From Dudresnaya verticillata (lineage: Eukaryota): a stretch of 64,000 nt of DNA. The first letter of the stretch is position 1, and each line of letters opens with the position of its first letter. Shown one piece after another: positions 50,643 to 62,830 of the stretch. Below the pieces are notes generated by a model. It was not told where the DNA came from. It saw only the letters and a program-made list of their open reading frames with translations, and searched no databases. A program made the translations under genes and the position numbers. The stretch covers positions 620,001 to 684,000 of the forward strand of contig OZ374563.1 of the NCBI GenBank assembly GCA_977862235.1, given 5' to 3'.

Positions 50643-53324
50643 ATGCCGACATCTAACGGTGAAACCACCCGCCCAGGCTTAACAAGCCGGGGTGGTAGCC
50701 GTACCGGCAGCTTATCCTCCGTGAGGACCACGGGAGCAAGAACCCGTGCTGTAATAGCCGCTTTGGCTCGAGGTCCTACAGTAGGAGAAGTGGAACGCCC
50801 GCCCCGAATGGCGGGCGCACCAGGAGACGAAGACCCGTCTGCCCAGGGAAAGGGACAGATCCCTGAAGGAGAAAATACGGCCCGGACTGCAGCCGCAAGC
50901 ACCGCCAACATCGGTGCGAATGAGGGTCCGAACCCTAGTATGCCGCCGCCGCCGATGTTTCAAGCTGGTTACAGCCAACACGGCACAGGCGGACTGGCCT
51001 TAGAAGAAGAAACAACTTCATCGCTTCCACCTGATATCGGAATGCCGATGAGAACGAAGGCAAACTCAAGCGACCAACGGTGCTTTACGGAGCGTGAAAT
51101 TGGTCACTTGGTTGAGACCGGCATAGAGAATGCTCTCGGAACTAGCGTATTGGCGCTGCTCGAAAGCCAGGCGGATGAAACCCTCACACGGGTGAAACGC
51201 TATTTCGACGACGCCACCGCTCGTCGAGACGACCAGCTACTGGCTAAGTTACAAGAAGTGGTCATTTCTCGTTGCCAACAACGCCCCCTGAGGGGTTTAG
51301 AAGAGGAAAGGGTCGAGACCCTACAAGCCCAAGTGGACTCATTGGGGGACCAATTGGAATCGGTTCACCTTGAATTAGATGAAGCCACGAAGGCTGCCGA
51401 CCTTTCCAGGATAGAAGCCGCAATGGCTATTGCGGACGTTCAATTTAACGTAGACAATGCACAGTGCGTTGAACAGGACAGAGCCATCGAGGTCCTAAGG
51501 AAAGAACGCGATGAGGAGAAGCGTCGTGTCGCTTTTCTGGAATTGCAGATGCGGCGCGTAATCCGCGAGAGGGATAATATCCCTGAAGTCATGCGACGGC
51601 GCTCACCAGTGCCTCGCGGTACGTGCGACAGGCGTAGGAGGCTACCCCCTAGGGGGTCGGGCAGTGGGTCCCAAGGTGAAGGAGATGGAGGCCGTTGCCA
51701 ACAGGGTTGCAAGTGCACCAGACCAATTGGGTCTTCCGCACACCGCGACCAAGTTGATTCTCATCGTGACAGATATTCAAGCCATCGTCACGAGGAGAAT
51801 CCTCGGTCAGGGTCTCACCCTAATCCGGGTCCCTTGGATGAAGAAGGACTGGGTTCCCGTTCGCATTCTAGACCGTCATGGTCTTCCTGGAGGGGTCCCC
51901 GACGTTCCGGTGTTAAGGAGCTGACTCCTAGGAATCCTGCTTTCATACAGGTGCTGTACTATAGAAGGTATAGGTTATTGAACCTGGATGATTACCGCGG
52001 GCCCGAGGTGACCGAGGTGACCACGAATAAAATCAAACGCGTCAAGTCCGTTATGCGGAGTCGCCGTTTTGACGGGAGTGACCCGGTGTCAATTATTGGC
52101 TTCTTAGCCACGCTGATGAGGCAGCTCGATCAGGCCCATATCAGCGAAGGTGCCGCTATCCTCGTCATCCCCGAGTTCCTCGAGAAGGATGCGAAGGATA
52201 TGTTTGAAGCGAAGTTTGACGCTGCGGGTGACGACAATGGTGGTTTCACCGAATGGCCCGAAGCCGTGAATTACCTTCTCCAGACCTATGCCAAGGATGT
52301 CTATATTGAGAGGATTGCCTCTGAGATGGACACGATGGCGCAGGAGCCAGATGAGGACGAGGTTACTTTCTCGAGAAGGTTGCAGAACAAAGCACGTCGA
52401 GTCGCTGGGCTGTACACCGAACAAGACTTGATAACCAGGTTTATTCGGGGGTTGTTACCAGCGGTGAAGCCGCTTTTAAGTACGTCGTTCTTGGACCCAA
52501 GGACTGCCAGACTGGCGGATTACGTCGAGCTTGCGACTGCACAGGGAGATTCCCATCGGGCGCTAGTGGGTGGCGGACGAACGCCAAAAGCGAATAGGAC
52601 GCTACCAAGGAAGACCTTAAAGAAGGTTCGTACCCACAAGTCAGGGCGGGCGCTCCTAATTCGCCAGGCGAAGGATGCATCCGATTCGGATACTTCAAAG
52701 AGCAGCGGCTCTGACGCGGAAAGCGAAGACGCAGTCGTGGCCGCCATCGCTAACGAAGCGCCACCATCCACCGCGACCCAATCGGATTCGTGGTCGACAC
52801 AGTATTACTACGACCAACCGTATCACGGTGAAGTTGACGCGGTACTGCAGAACTACAATAATAGGCTCCCAGCCTGGGCACAGCCAACCAGGACTCAACG
52901 CCCTGGTTGGGTAACGCTTGAAGACCAACCCAATGATATCTGCTTCGAATGATACGCCATTGGCCATAAAAAGCCCAACTGTCCACATTTGGCTCGAACC
53001 GATGAGCAGTCTTTTGAGACTTTAAAAAGAAGACAGTTTCATCAACTATCACACCAGCAAAAAGCGTGGCTGGCGACCGTTGGCCGACTGCCGGAGTTCG
53101 CTAACGAGCGAGTGCCCGCCGGGCCGCCCATAGGGCAACGGATGGTTCCCCGTCAAAATTTGGGTGCAAATCAAGGGGGAAATCGACAGGTTCAATTTCA
53201 ACCTCGACTGAACCACCCCATCGACGCTCCGAGGCAAACGCTCAGGTCACCACGCCAAGGGTCTCGTCCCTTTCCACCACCTCCACCGCTACCGCGGTCG
53301 CCCGCAATGAAGGCGAAAAACTAG
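50643..53324 (+). pseudogene. gag: gag of element C (one in-frame TGA in the zinc knuckle)
   Basis: 769-aa ORF with a long coiled-coil N-terminus, KELTPRNPAF..LYYRRYRL, FDGSDPVSIIGFL and knuckle ICFE*YAIGHKKPNC. The same frame continues to MKAKN-stop. Confidence 0.92.
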
Positions 53325-56300
53325 CAAGGGGGGAACCGGTTAGGTACACCACATATCCCAGGTGACATCGGACCCCCCCGATCGGTACCTTGAGTCCAGC
53401 TCCTCGAGCTACCGCTTTGAAGGCTTCTCATCAACGAATCGACCGGTTGTTAGTGAATCTGTCACTTCTCTTCCCAAGAAAATCTTAGCGCGTCCCGTGG
53501 GCTTACCCCCCGGACGGAAGTATCACGAGTATTGTAAGGATCCCGTTTGCTCCTTGTCGCGCTACAATTATAAAGTAGCTGCGTCCATCGGGAATTCTGT
53601 TGACAATCTTACTCGTGTGCTCTCCGTACTGGATACAGGGGCAGGCCCTAATCTCATCCGCGCGGATGTTCTATCACCGAAAGACAAGAAACGGATTTCT
53701 ACAACACGGTCAATTGTGAACTTGACCTCCGCGTCAAGTCACCGGCTAACTACACTGGGAACAGTCTCCCTGATAATTAGGCTCGGGTCCTACACGGTTC
53801 GGCAACCTTTTGTTGTCGTAAGGGCATTGGCAGTAGATGCCATATTGGGTTGCTCGTTTATCGATACCCACGTGGAAGGGTTACGCGTCCGCCAACAGAA
53901 CATGGTTCTTCGCGACGGGTCCATTCACCCAATTCTACGCCGCCGATGCGGTATACCTCGTGAGGGCAGGTCTGACGAACCAATGGACGTTCCCCCGTTA
54001 CCTACATCGCGACTCATTCGCGTCGCACAAACTACTACCTTACTGCCCGGCAGTGAGTCATGGGTTCCTGTTACCTGTTCCGCCAAAGGAACACATTTCC
54101 TGGAATCCCTACCCCGCTTATACGAGCGCCGACAAGTCGTGTTGATGAATGGAATCGTCAACATTCAAGAGAACCGGCTCTTTCACTTCAAGGTCGCGAA
54201 CGTTTCTTCGCGTCCTCAACGGATTTCCAAGAATCAAAGCCTTGGAAAGGCTGTAATGGCGCCCACGCAGACGCCGGTCTACACTGTCTCCATCGAGGAT
54301 AATGTTCCCGACAGTGACACGCTTCCCTCGTCCGAAACATTTTCCGATGTAGGGGGGCGGGGCTTGCTGCTGCTCTGAAGACGGATATAGACTCTAAGCC
54401 TGGAATCAAAATCGCGACATCAGCGACAACCGCTATTACGGTCGATGACCTCGCGCTGGAACACCTGTCCACTTCGGATCGGCGCCGCGTGCTCAAAATG
54501 CTGACACCGTTCGTCGGTATGTGGGACGGACAACTCGGCACCATCAAAGTGACCGAACACCGTTTTGAGCTACAAGAAGGTTCGAAACCTGTGTTTTCGC
54601 AACCTTATCGGTCGGACCCTAACGCCCGTCAAGCAGAACAGGATGAGGTCGACAAAATGCTCAAAGAAGGCGTTATAGAGCCTGCACGCTCTGAGTTTGC
54701 GAGCCCCGTCGTCTTAGTTAAGAAGCCCGACGGGTCACTCGGCTTTTGCGTTGACTATCGCAAGCTGAACGCGATTACAGTGAAGGATACGTATCCTCTG
54801 CCGCACATGGACGAGTGTTTGGACTCCCTGGGCGAGGAGCAATATTTTACAACCTTGGACTGCAACTCAGGCTACTAGCAGAATCCGGTTTCCCCGAAGG
54901 ATAAGCATAAGAATGTTTTTAAATGCCACGTGGGCTGCTTCCAATTTTGCAGGATGCCCTTTGGGCTATGCAACGCTCCAGCGACCTTTCAGCGAACGGT
55001 TGACATCCTCTTATCAGGACTTCGATGGAAATCGTATACCTCGACGATATTATCGTACTCTCTGCGACTGTCGACAATCGCAGAGAATACGATAATATCG
55101 TCGATCGAAGAGCATGTCACGCACGTAAGAGAGATTCTCTCTGTATTACAAGAAGCAGGGGTCTCCTTCAAACTTAAGAAGTGTAACTTCTTCACAAAGA
55201 GTGTTGACTACTTAGGGCACATCATCCGTCCGGGTTTATTAGAAGAGGCCACTAAGAATACGCAAGCCATCGAAGGCTTCAAGGAGCCGACCACCCAGAC
55301 CCAGTTGCGGTCATTCATCGGTCTATGTAACGTCTACAGGCGATTCGTGCCTAACTTCGCTCGCGTGGCAGCTCCGCTCAATGCCCTCCTACAGAAGGAA
55401 GTGGGCTTTGAACTACCGCAGTTCAATGAACGTCAACGCGAGGCGTTCGGATTGTTGAAGACAGCGCTAATAGCGCCTCCTATTCTTAGGTTGCCACAAG
55501 AGGGTAAGGCCCTATCGGTGAATACCGGCGCGTGCGACTACCAAATTGGTTACGAGCTGATGCAAGCTGAAGAAGACGGGACTCGACACCCGATAGGCTT
55601 CTGGAGCCGAGGACTGACGAAGGCAGAGAAGAATTATTCTGTAGGCGAAAAGGAGTGCCTCGCAGTGGTCTGGGCGGCACAATTGCTCAGACCATATCTA
55701 GAAAGGTCCCACTCTGACCTGTATACAGACCATCAAGCGCTGAAATGGATGATGAGCATGACAGATGCTTCTGGACGGTTGGCCCGTTGGAGATTACGCC
55801 TCCTGGAATACGACTTCACGGTCCAGTACCGAAAAGGCAAAAAGAATCAGATTGCTGATGCCGTATCTCGGTTGCCTACGTATGGCTTCACGCCATGGGA
55901 ACCGGACCTGGAGATCCCGTGTTTAGTCCTCGAGACTGATCCGAGGGAGGAACCCTGCGAAAGGTCGCGACCGGAGCCCAACACGCGACCGTTGGAAGCG
56001 TGGGAAATCGAACCCGTCGATGAGTCCCATTCGGATGACGAAATGGTCATCGCCCAAGCGGCCGAGAAGGAATCTGGACAAAAGGGACTATCCCTCATCA
56101 CCACAGAAGAGTTGCTTCGTGAGCAGAAAACAAATGAATTCTGTATCTGGGTCCGAAGGAACCTCGAGGCCGGGAAGCCTAGTTGTTATCTCGAGGACGA
56201 ACGAGGGCTCCTAATCCGGAAGTCGTATATCGACAAGGCGATACAGGTTCTCATACCTCGTTCTCTCAAGGAAAGGGCGTTACACCTAGCCCACTATCCC

Positions 56301-57908
56301 GAGATGGCGGGACACCCAGGTGGAACCCGGATGTATCATAACCTGCGAAGACAGGTATATTGGCCAGAGATGGCATTGGATGTGTACGTCACAGTGCGTA
56401 ATTGTGTCAAATGCGCACAGGAGCGGGTGAAGTTGCGGAAACATGCTTCGCATATGAAACTCTTCCCGGCAACCATGCCGTTAGAGTTCGTAGGAATCGA
56501 TATCCTGGGCCCGTTACCCCGCTCCGGGAAAGGAAACGAGTTCCTGTCGGTTATGACGGACCGCTTCTCAAAGCTGACGCGAGCGATACCGATGAAAACG
56601 GTAACCGCCTATACAGTGGCGAAGGCGTTTTGCGACCATTGGGTCTTTATCTATGGACCGCCCCGTTACATCCTTTCAGACAATGGGTCTCAATTTTCCT
56701 CTAAGTTCTTTCTCGCTGTGTGCGATATCCTACGGATTCGGAACATGTTCACGTCGACATACCATCCCCAAACTAATGGGCAAACCGAGAGGTTCAACCG
56801 CACCATCCTAGCGGGACTTCGCCACTTCATAGCGGAAGACCAGAGGGACTGGGACGAGTTCACCTCAGCGCTCACGTACGCTTACAATACGACAGTGCAT
56901 CGCGCTACAGGGTTAGCCCCTTTTGACTTGGTTTTGTCAAACCCGCCGACTTCACTTCTATTGGAACAAGCGGAAACGGGAGACATTGACGGGATACCCG
57001 CTACGAACGTCAAGAAGCTCCTAACCGCTCGGCTGGAAAAGCTCATGGATACGGCACTACCTAGGATGCAACTAGCGCAAAAGCGCTATGAGACCAACTT
57101 CAATAACCGCATTCGACCGGCTAACCAAAGGGTACGTCCTGGGTCATGGGTATTCCTCGAACCGGAAACCAAAGTGAAGGACACTTCAGTTGTGGCGAGG
57201 GAAGGGAAACTGTTTCCGAAAGCCCTTGGGCCATATAAGGTTCTCGAGAGAGGAACCCATGTGGTGGTTCTCGACATCAAGGGCGACAGAGAAACAATCT
57301 CTTTGGACCGAGTCACTTTGGCTCCATCGCCACACGAAGCGCCGCTGGCACTAGACATGAGTCCCACGGTAGTGGAAATGCCACCGGAGACAGGTGTAGC
57401 ACCTTCAAGTAGCCCAACTGGGCCAAATGACGGGCACCTCACAAACGCCACTGGGCCCCCGATGAATACCGCATCAGGCGGTAATGGACCGGCGCACCCC
57501 GAATCCCCTAGTGCTGAAGGCGAGACACTGGCTGACACACTTGGGAATGGGCAACCTAGCGGTGCCCATACGGCGCCTGTCGTGCCACAAACCCAGGAGA
57601 ACGCTCCTATGGACGATGAAGTGGACGCGCCATCGCCTGCACCGACAGTCACGGAAGGGGCGTCAAGCCGCAAATTCTCGCGCTTCAAGAAGGCGCCATC
57701 ACGCGAACACGTGTATGAAAGGATAGTTTCCTATGACCCCGACACACACCTCTATCGTGTGCGGTGGTTCCAGAGCCCGGCCTGAAAGGACACATGGGAA
57801 CCAAAACGGCATCTCCCTCACAATTTAGTTGCAGGGTATCACCGCCAAAAAGGCGGTGATACATACCTTTCCCAGATAATTAGCGAGGCAAACACGCGCG
57901 TCGAGTAA
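53315..57908 (+). pseudogene. pol: pol of element C (frameshifts, stops, rearranged RT active site)
   Basis: VLDTGAGPNLI; FCVDYRKLN, LDCNSGY*; RNase H EKECLAVVW; integrase GIDILGPLP, SDNGSQF, YHPQTNGQTERFN; chromodomain YRVRWFQSPA*KDTWEP. Confidence 0.95.
55041..55104. repeat. 64-bp palindrome (inverted duplication) inside RT
   Basis: TCGACGATATTATCGTACTCTCTGCGACTGTC / GACAATCGCAGAGAATACGATAATATCGTCGA, 2 mismatches, no spacer. Confidence 0.95.
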
Positions 57909-58157
57909 GGCACCGGGCCTATGAGTGGTCTCAAGCGGGCGCACCCAACCAAAACAACAGTTGGGCTGTATGGAGTCGGATCTCCCGACTGTTAGACTCA
58001 CCTCATATGAGTTGAGGTAGAACTTGGTTCTGGATTCCGAAGCCGACGTCCTCGCGCAAATACGAACGCAGCCTATGAGCTAAGGACGGCATTCGCCGAT
58101 TACCGAACCCGGAAGTAGGGGTTAGCCTCTCAAGAAGATGAACCAATGTCGATGGCT

Positions 58158-58292
58158 ACAGAAGAGTCAAGGCTCTGAATAGATGTGGAAATGGATAGAT
58201 GAAAGAAGAGTCAAGACTCTGGATAGATGTATATCATGGATAGATGTTAGAAGGATTGGATCCTGGATGGATGCATGGAAATGGATAGATGT
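58158..58292 (+). repeat. Short degenerate tandem repeats between pol and the antisense ORF of C
   Basis: AGAAGAGTCAAGrCTCTGrATAGATGT twice, and TGGATAGATG four times. Confidence 0.75.
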
Positions 58293-59345
58293 AATCAAGA
58301 GGTGAACTCTGCAAGATGAGTTCTGCCAAAGCGAGCGGGCGCTTCAGAGCTAGGAGTTGATCCTACATTAGAGGAGCACCTGTGTACAGCGACTAACGCT
58401 ATGCATAAGGTTATCAACATGGCTCAAGGCCAGATACGGGTTGAGGCCAACCTCGAGCACAGAGGCTATTGTTAGGCAGAGTGGCCGGAACATGGCTACC
58501 CCAAGGACCCAATCCTGAAAAGGCAAAAGCTATGGCGACCACTCTCCCCTCGGTGCGGGTAAGGAACAGTGGCGATGGCCAACTGATAATTTATTTACAA
58601 TTATAACTACCAGCACTATGACGCTTGAGGGCGGCTGGACTGCCCAAAAGCGATACGCTACAATATGGACGGTACATTAGCCCGAGGTTGATCCAACTAC
58701 CTCCCACAAAAAGGGCGTTCGCGTCAAACCCAGTGAGGGTGTAAGGCACAAATACGCCCCATCCTAGACTGATGAGTCTTGATACTCCGACTCCCCCATC
58801 TGCTGGGGAGGACGTGTGGAACCGCGTAAGACCCATTGATAGGGAAGGAGTAAGCGACAAGCGTATTGACGTTGAGAATTCTGGAAGCCACGCCGTCGAG
58901 AAGCCGATGCCGCTGACTTATGCTTCTTGGTTGTGGTGATGGGCACAGTCCGTGGGCTGCCAGAAAGGACACAGCAAGGTGGCGGAGTGGTGTGGCCAAT
59001 TAACAGCCATAACGACTTCGCGCCAAAATACGCTACAGTGCGTCGCACTGAACTGTAGAGCTACTGTGGACATTGCTGGCACGTTCTCAGGCAGCGATAG
59101 ACGCTAGGAAGGCGTGATGGTCAACCAATAATAGGCTGTCCCACGGTGCCCGAACAAGCAACGGCACCACTGTGTCACGGGGAAGAAAAGTGGCACCGGA
59201 TGTGAAGGCTCGAAGCCAACCAAAGCAATGTGTTACGCATACAAGACGAAGTTTATTGCTAAGCGGTTATGCCGCTGGAGGGGGCTTCTAGCCCCTATCA
59301 GGCTCGATGCCTCGAGGCATGCCTCAAGACGAGGGCTCGACTCGG

Positions 59346-61649
59346 CTAATCCGAGAGGAGGTCAATGACCTCGTCATCGCCAAGGGGCGGGTTAGGTGCA
59401 GAAGGCGCCGGCGTCGTCACGATGCGGCGCACCTCGCGGATGATCCGCCTACCCTGGCCACGACGCGGTCCACGACCCCGGCGAGTACCCTCCATTGTCG
59501 TTCCTCGAGCCTCTTTGGCTGTCGTCTGGTCCACATCTATCGGCGCAACATCGCCCTCCACAGGAGCCAACTCCTCCTCTTCCTTGAGCACCAACTCAGT
59601 TTTCACGAGCACTTCGTCGGTAGGCTGCAAAGCCTCATCAGCTTGACCGGGAGCCACCGGCGTAGATGCCCTCTCCTCCACTTGGGGAGAATCACCAGTC
59701 AAAGACTTAGCAGGCGTCTCGAGTGAGGCAGGTGCTGTGACAGATGCAGCCGAAGGGGGCGGCCCTGAGGAGACCCCAACAGCCACCTCGGGAGTGGGGC
59801 GGTTAGCCGATGCTGACTCCGACTGTGGGTTATTCCCAGCGGGCGCGCCGCTAACGGTAGGAATCTGGCGTGGAACCACGGAGCGGAGTGGGACTCCAAC
59901 TCGAGAAGCCGATGGCTGGGAAGGAGGCACCGTGACTCGCGGAGCGATGTTGGGCGCGCTAGCATCAGCCGTGGCAAGGGGCTCCTCACGCGGGACCTTT
60001 GACAAATCAGCCGCGGTGGCTTCCCTCGCGTCGATAATCGGAAGGAGCGCTAAAGAGCCTTGGGCTGAAGAACCCGGCTTACCGTAGCCGATGCCGCGGC
60101 GAACCTTAGAGCCAGGCTCTTTCTTGACTTCCACTCCAGGCTCACCTTCAGCCTTGACTCCGCCCAGCGGGGGAAACTTATTCAGTTGAGTCAAAAGGCG
60201 GTCAATCGGACCTGGAGTTCCTATCCAATGAGCCTCATACTCGGCTAGCGCGTCCTCAACCCAGTCAGGGAGACTGTTAAGGTTGAGGGAGTAGATGCCC
60301 CAATGGGCAGCAAGACGAATAGCCAACCCACGACGGCCAAATAGATCACGGATCTCGGCATCAGCCCGGTGGTGGTGTGTCAGCACTGGAGCGTACGGAC
60401 CCTGCGGCTCCCCATCGACAGTTTCGTCGAAGGGGGGCACCTCATCAGGGTGCTTAGGCCCTTCATCGCGCCAACGCACACTCACCCAACCCTTGGTGTA
60501 ACCAGTGCGACGCTCGCCTTCATCCAGCAGGATGGGTTCACCCTCGGTGGGTAACGGTGCCATCAAATAGCCAGGAAGGACTAGGTGCCACTTGATGGCG
60601 TCGAAGTCAACCCAATCGCCGCGGTCGTACACCGGCGTCAGGTGGCTGGTGTTCTCAGGCAGATGCCTATTGCGTTTCGAAACGCCGCTCCAGCGAATAC
60701 GCTCAACAAAGACCAAGAGTTGGTCCAAGTCTGAGGCGTCGGCCGAGTTGGCGGTGAAGGCAGCAGCGCCTATAGAAAGGATGGCCCCACGAAGCTGGGC
60801 GCTGATGAAGTATAACAAGCCCCGACGGGCTTCGTAGACGAATACTTGCGTCACTAGCACGATCCACTCATGGCGAAAGATGGACCATAAGACGCTATCG
60901 TCTACGTTGGCATCCATCATCTCCAAGCCGAGGTATGCTATGATGGTCGGTGTACCGGCGGGCATGGAATAGGATACCTCCATCTCGGCGTGATCTCCCG
61001 CCACTTGAGGATACTTGATCCTATAGAACTCCGGGTGAATAGAGGTAACCTCTTGACAGTGTCCTGGGACGAGACAACCGGTGCGGTGACGATTCCTACG
61101 CTCAAAACGCATGATATCGGAAGGCATAGCCGTTTGTGGGTTGTCCATGGCAAACTTGAAATTGGACGTCTCGTCCCAACGGACGACCCGAGCCGTGGTG
61201 TAAGGGTTGTTGTCCCTGCCGCTGCGGATCAGCGGGCGCTCATGTGCCACCATCCCGAGGTCGAACTCACCCATATCGTGGACGTGTTGGATCTGCTCCA
61301 GCTCATAGTTGAGCTTATTACACAACGTGGCTGTGTAGCGCACCTCGTGGCGGAAGCGTGGGTGCGCTAAGTCCCACTGCCACGGACCCGTAAGGGCGGG
61401 CAGGCGACGGGTCATGCCGGTTAGCAGCGCCAGACGCGCTCGAGCATGGGAATTCCAAGTGCGGCGCTGCGCCTGCCGCGCTCCATGCCGACGGATGTCG
61501 GTGCGATCAGCGCCAGCATGCGCTTTGAGGTGCGCGAGGTCGGTGCGCACCCGCCAGTCGCAGCTCTCCTTGACCGTGAAAGGCACTCTTGCCTCATCCA
61601 CTTCAATACCCAGCACACCGGTCCTTGAGCCAGCGGCCCCATAAGCCAT
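59346..61649 (-). CDS. Intact 767-aa antisense accessory protein of element C (unknown family)
   Basis: ATG-initiated and uninterrupted. Core TPTIIAYLGLEMM...WSIFRHEWI...VYEARRGLLYFISAQLR...ERIRW...GDWVDFD. Pro/Ala-rich tail with a basic RRGRGPRRGQGRR stretch, ending EVIDLLSD. Minus-strand AATAAA at 59252-59257. Confidence 0.9.
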   Translation of the reverse strand: MAYGAAGSRTGVLGIEVDEARVPFTVKESCDWRVRTDLAHLKAHAGADRTDIRRHGARQAQRRTWNSHARARLALLTGMTRRLPALTGPWQWDLAHPRFRHEVRYTATLCNKLNYELEQIQHVHDMGEFDLGMVAHERPLIRSGRDNNPYTTARVVRWDETSNFKFAMDNPQTAMPSDIMRFERRNRHRTGCLVPGHCQEVTSIHPEFYRIKYPQVAGDHAEMEVSYSMPAGTPTIIAYLGLEMMDANVDDSVLWSIFRHEWIVLVTQVFVYEARRGLLYFISAQLRGAILSIGAAAFTANSADASDLDQLLVFVERIRWSGVSKRNRHLPENTSHLTPVYDRGDWVDFDAIKWHLVLPGYLMAPLPTEGEPILLDEGERRTGYTKGWVSVRWRDEGPKHPDEVPPFDETVDGEPQGPYAPVLTHHHRADAEIRDLFGRRGLAIRLAAHWGIYSLNLNSLPDWVEDALAEYEAHWIGTPGPIDRLLTQLNKFPPLGGVKAEGEPGVEVKKEPGSKVRRGIGYGKPGSSAQGSLALLPIIDAREATAADLSKVPREEPLATADASAPNIAPRVTVPPSQPSASRVGVPLRSVVPRQIPTVSGAPAGNNPQSESASANRPTPEVAVGVSSGPPPSAASVTAPASLETPAKSLTGDSPQVEERASTPVAPGQADEALQPTDEVLVKTELVLKEEEELAPVEGDVAPIDVDQTTAKEARGTTMEGTRRGRGPRRGQGRRIIREVRRIVTTPAPSAPNPPLGDDEVIDLLSD

Positions 61650-62187
61650 GTGGCTATGACTTATCCTGGCGCCACGGGGTGAACAGGTCTTCTATACAGC
61701 CATGGTGGCTATTCTTGGCGATCACGCACATGACGGCCTGGCCGTAGGAAGAAATGCACGGGTGGCGACGGGTTACAGCGGGTCCCGCTACTGCAAATTG
61801 CACAGACCGCCGCAACGGAAGAGGAAAGCGAAAGCTAGATGGCGTCGCCGGACGCAAGGCGTGGAATATCGGCTGACGATGGTTGAGCGAGGTGTGGATG
61901 TGTCCCGGGAACTGTAGCGGAAGCTGCTGTGACGCTGCTGAAGTATGCAGCCGCTTGGGGCTTTCCGCGCGAAAGCGCCCAAAGTTCGTCGCAATTATGA
62001 GACGGGCGCCGTCGAGATTGGGACCGTGAAGCAGTGATTTGTCACTATTGGGAACCGCTCCACAACGGCCGCCTGTGGCGGCGGTTACAAGTGAGCCGTT
62101 GGCCCAATACTCCACTGGGATTTCAAGCTCGCCCAAGACGGGGCCAGTAGAAACAGCCTTGCTGGCTTCGCGGGTCTCTCAGCTTTA

Positions 62188-62199
62188 ACGAGGGGGCAG
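62188..62199 (+). promoter_or_regulatory. Polypurine tract of element C
   Basis: ACGAGGGGGCAG immediately before the 3' LTR. Confidence 0.85.
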
Positions 62200-62830
62200 T
62201 GTGGAAGAATGAGCCGCAGCAGAAGTGCTGGCGCACTGTAAGGCATTTGTGCGCATTAAGGTGTAAGGCGCCCACGCACATCAAGCTGTAAGGCGCGCAC
62301 AAGCGCCGTGCGCTGTAAGGGCGATGCGCCCCGCTGGCGTCCCTGCTGGCACGTTATTTGATGGCAAATATTGCCATTGGATAATTTATCGTGGCCGCTC
62401 CCGCGGCCCGACGCGGTACTACCACTAATCCGTATTTATAAGTGACAACAGTACAATTAGATTAATAATGACAGTTAGAATAGCTTAGAATAGCTCATTT
62501 CGGCTCTTTATACTTAATAGGCCCCTGAGTAGCAGGGGCCTCCTGAATAGAACCCACGGTGGGTTTCGGGTCTTTACCCCTTTTCTGGAATTCACGGACT
62601 CACCGTAACCTCCCTTTCAGGTGCTTTACGAGCCTTGCCTCCACACGACGGTTGCTCTGTGCGAGCTGGGTGGCACCGCCCCTTTTCCCCCTTTTCCCTT
62701 AGGCTCCGTGCCTTTCAAAGTCTCCACCAACCCCTTTTCCCGAGCTACCTAAGCTAGTGTGTTGTGCACCTTCAGGACAGCTGTCCTTGCCGGCTGGCGG
62801 GTTTCCGCCTTGACGGGCCATACTACTACA
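62200..62830 (+). repeat. 3' LTR of element C (631 bp)
   Basis: Direct repeat of 49486-50135, followed by the TSD. Confidence 0.97.

Larger units (their letters stand above)
49486..62830 (+). mobile_element. Full-length Ty3/Gypsy chromovirus-like LTR retrotransposon C (13,345 bp)
   Basis: Two matching TG...CA LTRs, 5-bp TSD TCTAC (49481-49485 and 62831-62835), PBS, PPT, gag-pol-chromodomain and an antisense ORF. Confidence 0.98.

Noticed and set aside
2419..52952. Programmed stop read-through in the gag zinc knuckle of A and C
   Set aside because: The stops differ in codon and position, and both elements carry other random lesions.
54930..57785. Intact 951-aa RT-RH-IN protein
   Set aside because: YLDD is out of frame because of compensating indels, and stops flank the ORF.
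59346..61649. env gene
   Set aside because: Antisense orientation, no signal peptide, no clear transmembrane anchor, disordered C-terminus.
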